Counted from the first letter of the stretch, positions 37,750-48,229 are shown. The stretch is DNA of 64,000 bases from Candidatus Obscuribacteraceae bacterium (GCA_044229845.1 JBGASG010000014.1:1-64000), one strand, 5' to 3'. The notes: generated by a model not told the origin, from the sequence alone. Program-made: numbers and translations.

Positions 37750-38352
37750 TCAAGATACGGCAGCGCACGGATTCCCCAGTGCTGTGACCCCAGCGCCGAC
37801 ATCCTTGATCACCACGCTGCCAGCTCCTACTACTGCCCACTGTCCCACTTTCGAGCCAGGTCTGCCGACCGAGCCAATGCCTACCAACGCTCCTTCTCCC
37901 ACCTGGCACTGTCCACCTAACACCACGTGTGGTGCCAGGTGAACGTGATCACCGATCGCGCAATCGTGCTCCACTATCGCGCCAGTGTTAATGATTGCGT
38001 TTCTGCCGATGGTCGACTCAGCATTGATTATCACTCCGGCGCCAATGTAAGACCCTGGCGCAACGTTTGCAGTCTTGGAAATCAATGCCTGTGGATGAAT
38101 CGCCGAGCGAGCGATCCATCCATAGCCCAGTGCCGCTTCGAACAACTTTTTGCGGAGCTGGTTATTTCCGATTGCGACTATAAATTCATGCTGCCCGGAT
38201 AAAGAGGACTGGCAGGCGTGAACCGGCCGGTTGTAAAACTCTTTCCGCTCGGTCAGGGGATCGATGAACCCGTCAATGGCTACACTGGCGCTCGCAAAAT
38301 TCTCTGCGACGACCTTCGCATGCCCACCGGTGCCAAAAACATATAGCCCCAA
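37750..38352 (-). CDS. PglD/NeuD-like sugar acetyltransferase (LegH role likely)
   Basis: GTGGHAKV, VAIGNNQLR and INTGAIVEHDC. Confidence 0.87.
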   Translation of the reverse strand: MGLYVFGTGGHAKVVAENFASASVAIDGFIDPLTERKEFYNRPVHACQSSLSGQHEFIVAIGNNQLRKKLFEAALGYGWIARSAIHPQALISKTANVAPGSYIGAGVIINAESTIGRNAIINTGAIVEHDCAIGDHVHLAPHVVLGGQCQVGEGALVGIGSVGRPGSKVGQWAVVGAGSVVIKDVGAGVTALGNPCAAVS

Positions 38353-38367
38353 AGCGCAATCCTCAGC

Positions 38368-39033
38368 TTACATGTTCAAGAAATTTGTGAGCAACTTGAG
38401 TCCCACTTCGCCGCTTTTTTCGGGATGAAACTGACAACCGAAAACCATGTCCTGATTTACTATCGCGGTGATACGTCGGCCGTTATAGTAGGAATCTGCC
38501 ACGCGTACGCAGTTGTCGTCAGGCACTACGGAGTAAGAATGCACGAAATACACATGTGGAGACTCGCCCAAATTATGTAGCAGCGCCTCGCCCTTGTGGT
38601 TATCGGCACTGGGACGAGCGGCACACTCGGATGAGCGGTGCAAAGCATTCCAGCCGACATGGGGAATCTTATGCCTGCTGCCATCGGTGCCCGTGTCCGG
38701 TATGGCAACGACTTTGCCTCGAATCAGATTGAGTCCTTCGTGGTCTCCAAATTCTTCTGCTGTCGATAGCAGAAGCTGCATGCCCAGACAAATGCCGAGG
38801 ATCGGCCGGCCGCTTTTTGCATATTCTCGTAGAGGTTCCACCAAACCGTTTTCGCGAAGTCCCTGCATGCCGTCGGCGAAGGCTCCTACGCCCGGAATAA
38901 CTACTCGCTCTGCAGAGGCTATGTCGCTGGCAGCACTGGAAAGATGCACATCAGCCCCGCAAACCGTCAAAGCTCGCGTAACGCTCATAATGTTACCAAG
39001 CCCATAATCAACAACAAGAGCGCGTTTGCTCAT
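38368..39033 (-). CDS. HisH-like glutamine amidotransferase subunit (WbuY-like)
   Basis: DYGLGN, PGVGAF, GICLGMQ, YFVHSY and QFHPEKS; glycan-locus context. Confidence 0.9.
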   Translation of the reverse strand: MSKRALVVDYGLGNIMSVTRALTVCGADVHLSSAASDIASAERVVIPGVGAFADGMQGLRENGLVEPLREYAKSGRPILGICLGMQLLLSTAEEFGDHEGLNLIRGKVVAIPDTGTDGSRHKIPHVGWNALHRSSECAARPSADNHKGEALLHNLGESPHVYFVHSYSVVPDDNCVRVADSYYNGRRITAIVNQDMVFGCQFHPEKSGEVGLKLLTNFLNM

Positions 39034-39881
39034 GGCGTGCGCACCCTCAATCCGGCGCCGCGGGCAGTTTCTCGCAGCTCGGACAAGTTGCAGCGTCCGT
39101 AGTGCAAGGCGTCCGCAATGGCGACGGCATCGGCACAGCCTTCTTGAAACACTGCAACCAGATCGCCCGCTTTCCCCAAGCCGCCGCTGGCAATAACGGG
39201 CACCGGTACCGATGTGGCTACCGCCCGAGTCAGTTCGACATCAAACCCTTTGCGTGTACCCTCTTGGTCTACAGAGGTCAGCAAAATCTCTCCGGCGCCC
39301 CGCTGCACCCCTTCTATAGCCCATTCGACAACACTGCGCCCTGTGCGATCTCTTCCATTGTTAACCAGCGCTTCCCAACCATCTCGTCTCCGTTTGGCTT
39401 CGATAGAAAGAACCACGCATTGGGAACCGTACGAGCGCGCAACTTCTTCTATCAATGCCGGATTTTCCGTGGCGGCAGTATTGATAGCCACTTTGTCGGC
39501 TCCTGCTCGTAAGAGAACACGAACATCATCGACCGAACGTATGCCACCACCGACGGTTATGGGCACAAAGATGCTCTCAGCCGTGCGGCGAACTATTTCA
39601 ACAAGATTGTTGCGTCCATAGAGACTAGCCACCGTATCGATATAGACAATTTCGTCGATCCCCTGCTGGTAGTATTGCTGAGCGAATTCTTGCGGATCGC
39701 CGACGACACGCAGACCTTCCAGGTGCATCCCCTTGATTAAGTTCGCGCCTTTAACGTCGAGACGGGCAATGATCCGTAAAAGTGAACGGTTGGGCGACGA
39801 CAATTTCGTTACTGGATCGCAACTAGTCGGATCGGTTTCCTCATTCAATCTGGGTTGCTGTTGATGCTCAAGAGACATCAT
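39030..39881 (-). CDS. HisF-like cyclase-fold subunit (WbuZ-like)
   Basis: RIIARLDVKG, VASLYGRN, VGGGIR, GAGEILLTSVDQEG and IASGG. Confidence 0.9.
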   Translation of the reverse strand: MMSLEHQQQPRLNEETDPTSCDPVTKLSSPNRSLLRIIARLDVKGANLIKGMHLEGLRVVGDPQEFAQQYYQQGIDEIVYIDTVASLYGRNNLVEIVRRTAESIFVPITVGGGIRSVDDVRVLLRAGADKVAINTAATENPALIEEVARSYGSQCVVLSIEAKRRRDGWEALVNNGRDRTGRSVVEWAIEGVQRGAGEILLTSVDQEGTRKGFDVELTRAVATSVPVPVIASGGLGKAGDLVAVFQEGCADAVAIADALHYGRCNLSELRETARGAGLRVRTP

Positions 39882-40960
39882 TACACCGGTGAGAAGCTAG
39901 TTGCGCTTGGACCATCAGCCATGGTTTCTTGGAAAGATTGCCGAACACTCAAATAATCCTCCACCCTCCCAATATCGGCCCACTCTTCACGTACTGGAAA
40001 TGCCGCAGTTGGCTGTCCATCGTCTATGAGCTGAGTAAAGAGGGTCGTCATATCGAGATTAGCACCCTGTTTGACGTATCTGAGTACCGACGGCTCGAGC
40101 GCGTATATACCGGCATTGACAAAGAAGTCCTGCATTGGCTTTTCGTCGATCTGTCGAATGCGCGTTCCGTCCATGCGCACCACCCCATAAGGGACCTGGA
40201 AATTGTACTTGAACACACACATCGTGGCTTCAACTTGCTGCTCTTTATGAAACTGCAGTAGCTGCCTAAAGTTGACGCCGGTTACCAGGTCGGCATTCAT
40301 AACGAGCAGGGTTTCTGTTGGCAAATCGGGTAACAGTCCTAGTGCGCCGGCGGTTCCCAGCTGGACGGGCTCGTCCAGATACTCGATTTGCACCCCCCAT
40401 TTCTCTCCCGTGCCGAAATACTCTTTCACCATCTCAGCTTTGTAATGCACGGTGACGAAAAATCTGTGAAACCCATGCTCGGCAAAGTTATCGATGATGC
40501 GCTCCAGGATTGGTTTGTTGCCCACCTCAAGCAGTGGCTTGGGCACATTTTCTGTGAGCGGCCTGAGTCGCGTTCCCAACCCGCCAGCCATGAGCATCAC
40601 CCAATGCTCGCTGTTCTTGCTTTGCTTCAGTTCGTGCAGAAAACGCACAGCCACCACACGATTAGAGGAGTCGACCACGGGAATCTGTCTGACAGACATG
40701 TTTTTCATTCTGCTCAAAATCGACAGATGAGGTTCGTTTTCCAGAGCGACAATCGGGTGATGATTCATCACTTCCTGAACATTGGCATCCGGTGTTATTC
40801 CGGACAACAGCGCTCGTCTGATATCGCCATCGGTAACGGTTCCGAGAAGTGTATTGTTGGGCCCGACGACCAGTGCAATCTGTTCTGCCCCGCGGTCAAT
40901 GATTTCCAGGGCCGTGAGCACGCTTGCTTCCGGGCTAACACTAAATGTTTTCCAGCGCAC
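39881..40960 (-). CDS. CBS-domain sugar-phosphate nucleotidyltransferase (PtmE/LegX-like)
   Basis: GTVTDGDIRR (CBS); MAGGLGTRLRPLT..PKP; LGTAGAL; VNAGIY. Confidence 0.88.
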   Translation of the reverse strand: MRWKTFSVSPEASVLTALEIIDRGAEQIALVVGPNNTLLGTVTDGDIRRALLSGITPDANVQEVMNHHPIVALENEPHLSILSRMKNMSVRQIPVVDSSNRVVAVRFLHELKQSKNSEHWVMLMAGGLGTRLRPLTENVPKPLLEVGNKPILERIIDNFAEHGFHRFFVTVHYKAEMVKEYFGTGEKWGVQIEYLDEPVQLGTAGALGLLPDLPTETLLVMNADLVTGVNFRQLLQFHKEQQVEATMCVFKYNFQVPYGVVRMDGTRIRQIDEKPMQDFFVNAGIYALEPSVLRYVKQGANLDMTTLFTQLIDDGQPTAAFPVREEWADIGRVEDYLSVRQSFQETMADGPSATSFSPV

Positions 40961-40967
40961 CGGCAGA

Positions 40968-42041
40968 TTACTCCTCGCTCAAAGACTCATCTTCACTGTA
41001 ACTCTTGGAAGCCGACCGGCCAATTAGTTTCCAATACATTAAGGGACTTAGTCCGGTTTCCGGACGCTTTATTGCTACATTGTCAGCATGAAATTTTTCA
41101 CCTTCCCGAATTGGTCTTTTAGCGACCAAGCCTTTTCTGGCAACGGCGCGAGTATCGAGCTCGTTGTCAACCGGAAACTTCCGAGTTGTTCCCAACGCCT
41201 TCTCGACATTGCGAATTAAGCTCGCCATGTACTGAAATTCGTCTGGTTCCAGCGATGCTTTGTGGTCGGGGCCTTCCTGCGAGCGGCTCATTGTGAAATG
41301 CTTTTCAATTACCTCGCTACCCATCGCTACTGCCGCTAGTGGAACTTCAATTCCCATGGTGTGATCGGAGTAACCTACCTTAAGCCCAAAGGCAGTTTTC
41401 AGCGTACGTAGACAATTCAGGTTTACGTCTTCGTACGGAGTCGGATAAAGGCTTGTGCAATGCAGAAGAGTCACTCTTTCATCCAGAATGTCGAATTCCT
41501 CTCGATGTACAGTTTTATAGAATTCCGCAACTTCCGGGTGCGCCTTTCCTGTGCGATATCCATAAGCCATTACGGCCAGCGCGGTTTCAATTTCTCCCAG
41601 GTTTGCCATTCCAGTAGAAAGAATGCAAGGTAGGCCCGAAGCCGTTGCCTTTAACAGCAGAGGCGCGTTAGTTATCTCGCCCGAAGGGATTTTGAGTTGA
41701 CGCACACCGCAAGCGAGCAACAGATCTACAGCAGTGACGTCGAATGGCGAGGAAATGAATTCAATGCCGCGTTCGGCACACCGCTCAGAGAGTTTGTTGT
41801 AATCAGAATCCTTTAGCTGCAATTTGGACAGCATTTGCAACTGCGATTCACTTTTGCTTGTAAATTGTTTTTGATAAGTCGCTTTCGGGGCGGTTGTGGT
41901 TACCAGCGCCGCGGCATTGAACGTTTGAAACTTGATCGCATCAGCACCAGCTGTGGCCGCGGCATCCACGAGTTGCAGCGCATTCTCCAGCGAGCCGTTG
42001 TGATTGACCCCGGCCTCGGCAATTATGAAAGTGTGTGGCAT
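40968..42041 (-). CDS. neuB: Nonulosonic acid synthase (NeuB/LegI family)
   Basis: IIAEAGVNHNG, KFQTF, KIPSGEITN, LLHCTSLYP, GYSDHT and IEKHFT; C-terminal SAF domain. Confidence 0.92.
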   Translation of the reverse strand: MPHTFIIAEAGVNHNGSLENALQLVDAAATAGADAIKFQTFNAAALVTTTAPKATYQKQFTSKSESQLQMLSKLQLKDSDYNKLSERCAERGIEFISSPFDVTAVDLLLACGVRQLKIPSGEITNAPLLLKATASGLPCILSTGMANLGEIETALAVMAYGYRTGKAHPEVAEFYKTVHREEFDILDERVTLLHCTSLYPTPYEDVNLNCLRTLKTAFGLKVGYSDHTMGIEVPLAAVAMGSEVIEKHFTMSRSQEGPDHKASLEPDEFQYMASLIRNVEKALGTTRKFPVDNELDTRAVARKGLVAKRPIREGEKFHADNVAIKRPETGLSPLMYWKLIGRSASKSYSEDESLSEE

Positions 42042-43186
42042 AGCTGTGTCGGTTGATGGAATGTCTTGCGAAGTAGCGATTGGGGTTCAGGGAAACGTTT
42101 TAGAGTTTGAACGATCTTTTGTGATGCCGTACCATCTCCAAAGGGATTTTCCACATTCCGGCAATCGAGTCCGATAGCGGTTCTTATGCCGGCAAGTATC
42201 TCTCCTGGAGTCGCCGGCACGTCAATAACGGATGATGCGCTCAATCGACCTTTCTGTCGATCGCCGATATTCACGGTTGCCGTTTGCAGAGCCGGTGCTT
42301 CGTACAGTCCCGATGACGAGTTACCGACAACGCAGTTTACTTCTGCCAACAGACTGAGATATTTCCGAGAGCCCAGATTCGAGCGCGCGATGACATTCGG
42401 TCTGTCTTCGACGAAATTGCGGATCATATCGCTGATTGCCTGTCCGCCGGGATCTATGTTTGGCAGCGTAAAGATAATTCCAGTTGTGGATCCCAGCTGA
42501 TCCAAGGCTTCCAGCAATGCTGCAAAATTTTGCAGAGTATCTTTCTGCCGAGTTTCGGCATGAAAGGTAACCAGGATATTTTCAGAGAGGAAGTTAAAAT
42601 TGAGCTCCCTCTCAAGCTCCGGCCTGGTCAGTCGAGAAATATTTACAATGTAGTCGATTCCCGGACTACCAACTACGAACACGTGCTCAGGGTTTTCACC
42701 CACCTGAATAATGCGATCAGCCGAGACCTGGTTGGTTGGAAAATGAATGTGAGCCATCTTTGTGAGGCAGTACCTGAACGTGTCATCAAATGCCCCCTCC
42801 GTAACGTCTCCGCCCGCTATGTGAGCAATCGGAATGTTCATAAGCACTGCGGATTGGGCAGCCGCGAAGACCTCGAATCTATCTCCCAACAAGAGGATGA
42901 GGTCCGGTTTCAGAGACTGAAAGGATTCGGCAAAACCTATCGTCGCCATTGCGAGTGATTTGCATGCACCAATGGCGGTGTCGCTAGATAGGAGCATGTC
43001 TACATTCCAATCGATGGTCAATCCCTCGGCTTGGATTTCTTTGTAGGTGGTACCGTGGTGCGGGGAAAGATGACTTCCGGAGACTATGAGTTTGGTTGTG
43101 AAAAATGGATCGTCCAGCAGACGCCTAATAGGCCAATAGAGCAGCCCATAATCAGCTCGACTTGTTGTAACTACCGCTACTTTCAT
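42023..43186 (-). CDS. neuC: Hydrolysing NDP-sugar 2-epimerase (NeuC/LegG family)
   Basis: TTSRADYG, LLGDRFE, HIAGGD, VGNSSSG and GDRQKGR; the ATG at 43186 overlaps the upstream stop (ATGA). Confidence 0.92.
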   Translation of the reverse strand: MKVAVVTTSRADYGLLYWPIRRLLDDPFFTTKLIVSGSHLSPHHGTTYKEIQAEGLTIDWNVDMLLSSDTAIGACKSLAMATIGFAESFQSLKPDLILLLGDRFEVFAAAQSAVLMNIPIAHIAGGDVTEGAFDDTFRYCLTKMAHIHFPTNQVSADRIIQVGENPEHVFVVGSPGIDYIVNISRLTRPELERELNFNFLSENILVTFHAETRQKDTLQNFAALLEALDQLGSTTGIIFTLPNIDPGGQAISDMIRNFVEDRPNVIARSNLGSRKYLSLLAEVNCVVGNSSSGLYEAPALQTATVNIGDRQKGRLSASSVIDVPATPGEILAGIRTAIGLDCRNVENPFGDGTASQKIVQTLKRFPEPQSLLRKTFHQPTQLCHTLS

Positions 43187-44418
43187 TTCTCTTGCCACAA
43201 TCCGGGACTGCTGGGGATACAAAGCATGCTCGATGCCAGCTGCTCGGCCACCGGCGTTGGCATCTTCGGGGCATGTTCAAAAGCCGGCAATGTGTGCATG
43301 AGGTCCCAGGCTGGGCGCGTTTGGATCTGCCGTTCGTTCAAGACGGTCAATACCTCATCGAGCGTCGCTCCTGACTTGTCTTCCAGGATGAGCGTGTTTA
43401 ACCAGTAGTTGCTTCTACAGTCTTTCGGCTCGATAAAAAATCTGGCACCGTCCATGCCGTCAAACGCGTTTCTGTACTGCGCAGCCAGCTCTCTCTTCAT
43501 GGCGATGAAACGGTCCAGTTGTTCGAGCTGGGCACATCCGAGCGCAGCGTTAATATTGGGTAGGCGATAGTTGAAGCCCACGCAGTCGTGATAAAAGCGC
43601 CACTTGTGCGGCACTTTCGCCGTAGTCGTTAGGTGCTTTGCTCTTTTGGCCAGCTCGCTGTTGTCCGTCAACAAAGCTCCGCCACCACCTGTAGTGATGG
43701 TTTTGTTGCCATTGAAGCTCAGTACCGCTATCTGCCCGAAACGGCCGGTATGCTTTCCTTTGTAGAGTGAACCGATTGATTCGGCGGCATCTTCAATCAG
43801 AGGCAGCTTAAACTCTTCGCTGACCGCAAGCATCTCATCGAGCTGGGCGGGATGTCCGAATGTGTGCATGACTACAAGCGCTTTAATGTGTCGACCGGTG
43901 AGACGGTTTACGAGTCCATCACTGTCTCTGACGGTCCTCTCTGACAAATAATCGCGTAGAGCTACTGGGTCTACTCCCAATGTCTGCTCAGATACGTCCA
44001 CCAGGTGCGGTATCGCCCCTAGATAACTTACTGCATTAGCAGTGGCGACAAATGTAAGATCGGGAATCAGCACTTCATCGCCGGCGCCGACACCCAGGAG
44101 GAGCAGGGCAACATGCAGTCCCAGTGTGCCGTTAGCTGTGGCGATGCAAAATTGACTTCCTGTATAGGCAGCTAGTTGTTGTTCGAACCTATCGACGTAT
44201 TTGCCTACCGATGAGACCCAGCCGGTGTCCAGGCAATCTTTCACGTACGCCCATTCGTTGCCTTCGAAAAGTGGCGCGTGCAATTGGATCAGATCAGTTG
44301 TCTTGGGCAGACAGCGATCGAGCCGCTGGCAGATCTGTTCGGCTATTCCGCTCTTTCGGTCGATGCTTAGACTCACTTCACTTTGCTTCCGTACGTTGTC
44401 AGTGAGCCATTGTACCAA
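43183..44418 (-). CDS. legC: LegC-family PLP aminotransferase
   Basis: CLDTGWVSSVGKYV, MHTFGHP, EDAAESIGS, SFNGNKTITTGGGG and GFNYRLPNINAALG. The true start may be the GTG near 44376. Confidence 0.88.
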   Translation of the reverse strand: MVQWLTDNVRKQSEVSLSIDRKSGIAEQICQRLDRCLPKTTDLIQLHAPLFEGNEWAYVKDCLDTGWVSSVGKYVDRFEQQLAAYTGSQFCIATANGTLGLHVALLLLGVGAGDEVLIPDLTFVATANAVSYLGAIPHLVDVSEQTLGVDPVALRDYLSERTVRDSDGLVNRLTGRHIKALVVMHTFGHPAQLDEMLAVSEEFKLPLIEDAAESIGSLYKGKHTGRFGQIAVLSFNGNKTITTGGGGALLTDNSELAKRAKHLTTTAKVPHKWRFYHDCVGFNYRLPNINAALGCAQLEQLDRFIAMKRELAAQYRNAFDGMDGARFFIEPKDCRSNYWLNTLILEDKSGATLDEVLTVLNERQIQTRPAWDLMHTLPAFEHAPKMPTPVAEQLASSMLCIPSSPGLWQEK

Positions 44419-44440
44419 CGAGGCTCTCCCAACTCATAAG

Positions 44441-45457
44441 TTAAATCGTGTAGGAAGCAGCTTTGGCAGCGTAGTCTTTGAGATTGCGAGTATCGGTGAA
44501 CCAGGTGACTGTTTCCTCTAGACCGCGGGCTAATCCGTCGCGTCCGCCATAAGCCGGTTGCCAGCCTGTAAGAGCAGCCGCTTTCGTGTTGTCGCACCAG
44601 AGACGTTCGACTTCGCTGTCGGGCGGCCTGACACGTTCTTCATCCAGTGCGATTGTAGCGTCGATGTTCATGACGTCGGCAATCAATCGGGCCGTATCGG
44701 CGATGGAGATTTCAAAGTTGCTGCCGATATTTATCACTTCGCCGACTGTCTGTTCAGTTTCAGCGATCGACACAAAGCCTCTGACAGTGTCGTTAACGAA
44801 ATTAAAGTCTCGGGTTGGCGTGGTAGAGCCGAGTTTGATCGTACGCATTCCGCTTGACAGCTGAGTGATCACGGTGGGGATGACAGCCCGAGCTGATTGT
44901 CGCGGGCCATAGGTGTTAAACGGGCGAATAATCGCCACTGGTGTTTCAAAAGAGCGATGGAAGGAGATGGCCAGCTGATCAGCGCCAATTTTGGAGGCCG
45001 AATAGGGCGATTGTCCCTGCAGCGGATGTTCTTCCGTGATTGGCACGAAGCGCGCGGTGCCATAAACCTCACTTGTCGAAGTGTGGATGACTTTCTGTAC
45101 ACCGAGATCTCGCACCGCTTGCAGCACGTTCAACGTGCCATGAATGTTGGTATCGATATATGAAGCGGGCGATTGGTACGAGTATGGTATGGCGATAAGC
45201 GCAGCCAGGTGCATCACAACGTCACAACCCTTCACCGCTTGCGCGACGCGAGAGGCATCTCGTATATCTCCCTGGAATATTTCGATGCTGTCTCGGGTCT
45301 CCGGGTTGGCAAATTCCAGACAACCATGCGAATTCATGGCGTTGTACCAGATGAATGCCCTCACATCACATCCCAGCTTAACCAGGTAGTCGGACAGATG
45401 TGAGCCGATAAATCCATCGGCTCCCGTTATGAGAATTCTCTTTCCTGCAAGCTTCAA
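44441..45457 (-). CDS. legB: LegB-family NAD-dependent 4,6-dehydratase
   Basis: ITGADGFIGSHL, HLAALIAIPYSY, TSTSEVYGTA, QSPYSASK, RPFNTYGPRQSARA and SEVERL. Start trimmed to the TTG at 45457. Confidence 0.88.
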   Translation of the reverse strand: MKLAGKRILITGADGFIGSHLSDYLVKLGCDVRAFIWYNAMNSHGCLEFANPETRDSIEIFQGDIRDASRVAQAVKGCDVVMHLAALIAIPYSYQSPASYIDTNIHGTLNVLQAVRDLGVQKVIHTSTSEVYGTARFVPITEEHPLQGQSPYSASKIGADQLAISFHRSFETPVAIIRPFNTYGPRQSARAVIPTVITQLSSGMRTIKLGSTTPTRDFNFVNDTVRGFVSIAETEQTVGEVINIGSNFEISIADTARLIADVMNIDATIALDEERVRPPDSEVERLWCDNTKAAALTGWQPAYGGRDGLARGLEETVTWFTDTRNLKDYAAKAASYTI

Positions 45458-45676
45458 TGTTCGCCCTGCGCTGTTGTGCCACTGCAAGCGGTGCTTGGAC
45501 ACGTTTAGAGTGTACAAGAGTTTCTGCCGTTCGTTTCTCGACTCTATGATTTTGAACTCATCATCGAACTTAACAAAACCTACTCCAGACTGCGTTGGTG
45601 CTTGTAAGGATATAAGCAAAAGCAACGATAGAGCGTGCTAGAGTTCAGTATTCGAGCCGTAGTAAGGAGGCAAAAA

Positions 45677-46888
45677 GTGCAACCTCAGAAGAACCTGCTG
45701 TCAATGTACGGACTGCCGATCGATGTGAAGTTCTGCACGAAGTGCGTGGTGTCCAATCAACGTCCACGTATCAGTTTCGATGCTGAAGGTGTCTGCAGCG
45801 CCTGCCGCTATGCGGAAAGAAAAGCTAAGCAAATTGATTGGGCCACACGCGAAAAAGAGCTGGCGCAGCTGTGCGACAAGCATCGCAGCAAAGACGGCTC
45901 TTTCGATGTTGTGGTGCCTTGCAGCGGCGGAAAAGACAGCGCATTCGTGGCACACCAGTTGAAGCACGAATATGGAATGCATCCTTTGACGGTTACATGG
46001 GCGCCTCATATCTATACCGAAATCGGGTGGACAAACTTCCAAAACTTCATCAACTCCGGATTTGACAATATTCTCGGAACGGCCAATGGAAAAGTCCACA
46101 GGCAATTAACTCGCTTGGCCTTCGAACATCTGGGCGATCCGTTTCAGCCTTTCATTTACGGACAAAAGGCTTTCCCTATGCAGATAGCCACCACCTACAA
46201 CATCCCGCTCATCATGTATGGTGAGAATGGCGAAGTGGAATACGGTGGAGATAGCAAAAACGAGAACAGTCCTAAGCATGACGTCAATGACGATTTGCTC
46301 AAACATTACTTTTCCGGAATCGGACCGAGCCACTGGTTGAAATATGGATTCTCGGAAAAAGATTTGCATTTCTACCAGCCCCCCGAACTCGAAAACATGC
46401 GAAAGGTCGGCATCGAATGCCATTTCTATGGTTATTACAAGCGTTGGATTCCGCAGGAGAACTATTATTACGCGGCTGAACATACGGGGTTTCAGGCCAA
46501 TTCCGATGGACGCACTGAAGGGACTTACTCCAAGTACGCAAGCCTCGATGATCGGATCGACGGCTTTCACTATTACATGGCATACATCAAGTTTGGCCTC
46601 GGTCGGGCTACCTCTGATGCAGCCCATGAAATTAGAGACGGTCACATAACCCGCGAAGAAGCCGTGGCGCTGGTGAAACGATTTGATGGCGAGTTTCCCA
46701 ACAAATACTTCCAGGACTTTCTGACGTACACCGAGCTGACTGAATCTCGATTCTGGGAGATTGTTGAAACGTTCCGTTCGCCGCACCTCTGGGCAAAGAG
46801 CGGTAGCGACTGGAAACTCCAGCGCGCAGTGTATGACAGCGAGCCGTATTTTGCAGATTCCGCTGCCTCACAGTCAGTTAGCACCTAA
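45677..46888 (+). CDS. N-acetyl sugar amidotransferase (WbuX/PseA/PtmG-like)
   Basis: CTKC...RP...CSAC, PP-loop SGGKDS, KFGLGRA and EIRDGHITREEA; AAGGAGG RBS before the GTG at 45677. Confidence 0.9.
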   Translation: MQPQKNLLSMYGLPIDVKFCTKCVVSNQRPRISFDAEGVCSACRYAERKAKQIDWATREKELAQLCDKHRSKDGSFDVVVPCSGGKDSAFVAHQLKHEYGMHPLTVTWAPHIYTEIGWTNFQNFINSGFDNILGTANGKVHRQLTRLAFEHLGDPFQPFIYGQKAFPMQIATTYNIPLIMYGENGEVEYGGDSKNENSPKHDVNDDLLKHYFSGIGPSHWLKYGFSEKDLHFYQPPELENMRKVGIECHFYGYYKRWIPQENYYYAAEHTGFQANSDGRTEGTYSKYASLDDRIDGFHYYMAYIKFGLGRATSDAAHEIRDGHITREEAVALVKRFDGEFPNKYFQDFLTYTELTESRFWEIVETFRSPHLWAKSGSDWKLQRAVYDSEPYFADSAASQSVST

Positions 46889-46936
46889 ATGGCGATTTTG
46901 CTTTGCACCAGCAGTACTTAAAGCGAGGAGTCCGAG

Positions 46937-47137
46937 ATGTCGAATGTTTTGAAGGGCAATTTTCAACCAGAGAACGATGTCGTCTTGGACGAGAAAGACG
47001 AAACATTGCGCCAGAAAGAGGAGTTTGAACGCGCTGCGTTACGCCGCTTAGGAGGCAGCATTGCCTTTGCATCGCCGAAGAAAGGATTCATCTGGACTGG
47101 AGACGAAAAACATAACGAAAATGCCGACAAAAAGTAG
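46937..47137 (+). CDS. Small hypothetical protein or gene remnant
   Basis: GAGGAG RBS; 66 aa, highly charged; overlaps the next ORF. Confidence 0.4.
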   Translation: MSNVLKGNFQPENDVVLDEKDETLRQKEEFERAALRRLGGSIAFASPKKGFIWTGDEKHNENADKK

Positions 47138-47513
47138 CTTGAGCCCCGTTGTTCATCAACTGGGGGAACAGCTTCATCAAGCGACTGCTCAGACCGCTGT
47201 TGAGAATGCGCACCTGAACCTTCCTTCTGTCAATCAGTCAGTACTGGCGCTCCGCGAGCTAAACTGGAAAAAAGATCACGCCGTCGTGGTGGCAGCCGGA
47301 CCCAGTCTACACAGACAGGCAATCGCAGATAAGCTGAAGAGTAGTCGTTATGGAGGCATTCTCATCGCCACAGAGTCGCGGAACTGGAACATGTTGCATG
47401 GAATTGATTCCGATCAAGGAGCAAGCGCCGAATCAACAAAGGTCTCTGAATCAACAAAGGTCTCTCATGCAGTCGTCGGACCCAGCGCCTCCACCTCCAG
47501 CATGTCGATCTGA
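47121..47513 (+). pseudogene. Truncated Maf/DUF115 (MptE-like) protein
   Basis: AVENAHLN...HAVVVAAGPSL...ILIATES matches the DUF115 N-terminus, followed by a low-complexity tail and an early stop. Confidence 0.65.
47430..47465 (+). repeat. Perfect 18-bp tandem duplication GAATCAACAAAGGTCTCT x2
   Basis: Read directly; encodes ESTKVS twice. Confidence 0.9.
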
Positions 47514-47515
47514 GG

Positions 47516-48229
47516 ATGATACACAATAAGAAAATCCTGGCAGTGATTCCAGCTCGAGGAGGATCGAAAGGGCTTCCGCGAAAAAACGTTCTGCCCCTGG
47601 CGGGCAAACCTTTGCTGGCATGGTCAATTGATGAGGCGAAGCAGTCGCAGTATATAGATACTCTTGTAGTATCTTCTGAGGATCCGGAAATTCTAGAGGT
47701 CGCGCGTGCCTGGGGAGCCGAGACACCCTTCGTCCGTCCTGCGGAGTTGTCCAGGGACGACACACCTGGCATCGATCCGGTGATGCATGCTGTAAGCATG
47801 TTACCGGATTTTGATTATGTGGTCCTCTTGCAGCCTACCTCACCGCTGCGAACGGCAAAAGATATCGATGCATGTATTGAGCTGTGCTGCTCGCATAATT
47901 CTTACTCGGCTGTGTCAGTGACACTGACCGAGAAAAGCGCGTACTGGGCTTGTACCATAAGCGACACGGGAAGCATGAAGCTTCTCTTCGACGAAAGCGC
48001 GACACGTCAACGCCGGCAAGAACTCCCGGCAACATATGTGATTAATGGTGCAGTCTACGTTGCTGACTGCAGATGGATGAAGGAGTCCAAGAAGCTAATG
48101 GATTCTGGGACGTTGTGCTACGTGATGCCGCGTGAGCGCTCAATCGATATCGATAGCCAAATCGATATGGTAATCTGCGAGGCTCTGGTTCGGCTTGAAA
48201 GCAAGTCGCCCGACAAACTAATTGTCTAG
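47516..48229 (+). CDS. neuA: CMP-nonulosonic acid synthetase (NeuA/LegF family)
   Basis: IPARGGSKGLPRKN, RPAELSRD, LLQPTSPLR, NGAVY and SIDID. Confidence 0.92.
   Translation: MIHNKKILAVIPARGGSKGLPRKNVLPLAGKPLLAWSIDEAKQSQYIDTLVVSSEDPEILEVARAWGAETPFVRPAELSRDDTPGIDPVMHAVSMLPDFDYVVLLQPTSPLRTAKDIDACIELCCSHNSYSAVSVTLTEKSAYWACTISDTGSMKLLFDESATRQRRQELPATYVINGAVYVADCRWMKESKKLMDSGTLCYVMPRERSIDIDSQIDMVICEALVRLESKSPDKLIV

Noticed and set aside
38368..39881. Histidine biosynthesis genes hisH/hisF
   Set aside because: No other his genes; their position in the leg operon with a WbuX-like amidotransferase points to glycan-modifying paralogues.
45458..45676. N-terminal extensions of legB and the amidotransferase in the ORF track
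   Set aside because: No family similarity there; better starts exist (TTG 45457, GTG 45677 with AAGGAGG), leaving a divergent promoter region.
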